In this document: piece by piece, positions 62,899 to 64,000 of the stretch
Layout of the letters: every line of letters starts with the position of its first letter
How positions within the stretch are numbered: the first letter of the stretch is position 1
Assembly: GCA_001662655.1 (NCBI GenBank)
Contig: KV460240.1
DNA: 64,000 nt
Direction: 5' to 3' (one strand)
Source: Pseudogymnoascus verrucosus
Lineage: Eukaryota
The notes under the pieces: generated by a model
Databases searched by the model: none
Told to the model about the DNA's origin: nothing
The model's input: the letters and a program-made list of their open reading frames with translations, nothing else
Translations under genes and position numbers: made by a program

Positions 62899-64000
62899 TG
62901 CGGTGTTTATGTGGGTGGCAGCCTTGCCGAGGGGATGGAGTTGTTTACAGTGGGAGCGAGGCTGGCAGGCGCGCGCGCGGTGAGGGAGACGCGCTGAGTG
63001 GGGATCCACAGCGGGTAGATCCGCTGGGGAGGGTGTAGCGAGGTCCCTGACGGCGATGATTTATAAATTTAACATTTCGCATTGTGATTTTGGGAGGGCG
63101 AGGAAAGTACTGGCTTCATGGAATTAAAAAGTACTGCTACATCAAATTAATCCATACGTACACTTCCCCAAGACAAAAACGCAATAACCCATCTCCACAA
63201 ACGCGCATGTAACCCTCCATCCTCCATCCTCCAAACTAAGTATAGTCCCACATCCATCCCACCCCTCCTCCTCCCACCTCCCGCGTCAAAAGCCGAAAAA
63301 AGCTTCCCCCATCCCTCCCATCTTCCCACCCAAGCAAACATTCCCGAAGTAAGTAAGCAGCCACCAACCCCCCCCTTCCTGCACTCCCAAACTGCCGTGT
63401 AACCAATCACGCAAAGCACCCGACCACGGAACAACCGATGCACATGTGGGTGGTACATATATTCCCATGCTACCCATGCGGAGCTACTGCGCGGGTCGAT
63501 AGATGGGTGCCGGGGGGAGGGAGGTTGGGTTATCGAACCAAAGATCCCGGGAATAATGTGGTGTTGGATATGGAATTGGGGGGGGGGTTGCGGCTCTGCG
63601 GAGACAGGGAGGGGAGGGTGGGAGTATATGAGGGGGGGATTTGGGGGGGTTTGGGCCTCGGTAGGTGATTCTTTGTTTTATCATTTTATATTTTTAGAAA
63701 AAATTGCGAGATTGGGATTCTTGAATCGGGGATTTTTTTTTGGATTGAGAGTGTTTGAGAATTGTTTCTGAGGGGGAATACGATATATGGTTTGATCATT
63801 CACTTGAGATTTACTGAGAATTTTCCTGAACTGGACGGTGGGAATCCAAGGGAGAAATAGGACTGGATCCAGAGGCTGTAGATCAATACTCACCACGAAG
63901 ATACCCGGATTAACAGCACAGGGGAAATTGAGAAGCAGAGTTGGATGTTAAAATCTCAGGTCCATACTCACTTCATACTCACCACAGCAAGCACATATAC

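Noticed and set aside
63100..64000. Short ORFs and GTGAGT donor-like words at the window end
   Set aside because: No coherent reading frame or exon chain can be built within the window.

Overview
A 64-kb stretch of a gene-dense filamentous ascomycete (Pezizomycotina) nuclear genome. Short GT-AG introns with CTRAC/CTAAY branch points support this assignment; the genus cannot be established from sequence alone. I can support one intron-containing tRNA-Glu(CTC) gene and 24 protein-coding genes, most of them spliced, so the ORF track fragments them. Recognisable genes are an ADAM metalloprotease, SIF2/TBL1, a TMEM115/DUF1751 protein, SSN6/CYC8, MAP2, RPL3, a Y-family (iota-like) DNA polymerase, gamma-glutamyltranspeptidase, an S10 carboxypeptidase, a SWIM+RING protein, two Tcp11-family genes, an AVT2-like transporter, RUD3, RRG9, BNA3, DSC3, UTP5, a large protein kinase and a HAUS4-like augmin subunit. 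No transposon, CRISPR array or biosynthetic cluster is evident, and I see no multi-gene novel system. The best leads are single loci: (1) a spliced small protein resembling the cyanobacterial nuclease inhibitor NuiA at its functional ends, (2) an intronless 144-aa gene with a bacterial-type WRMGxGE motif, (3) a non-RD kinase with two apparent C-terminal ubiquitin-like domains, and (4) a recurrent C-rich to G-rich compositional switch inside genes. All family assignments come from motif recognition by eye, with no database search.
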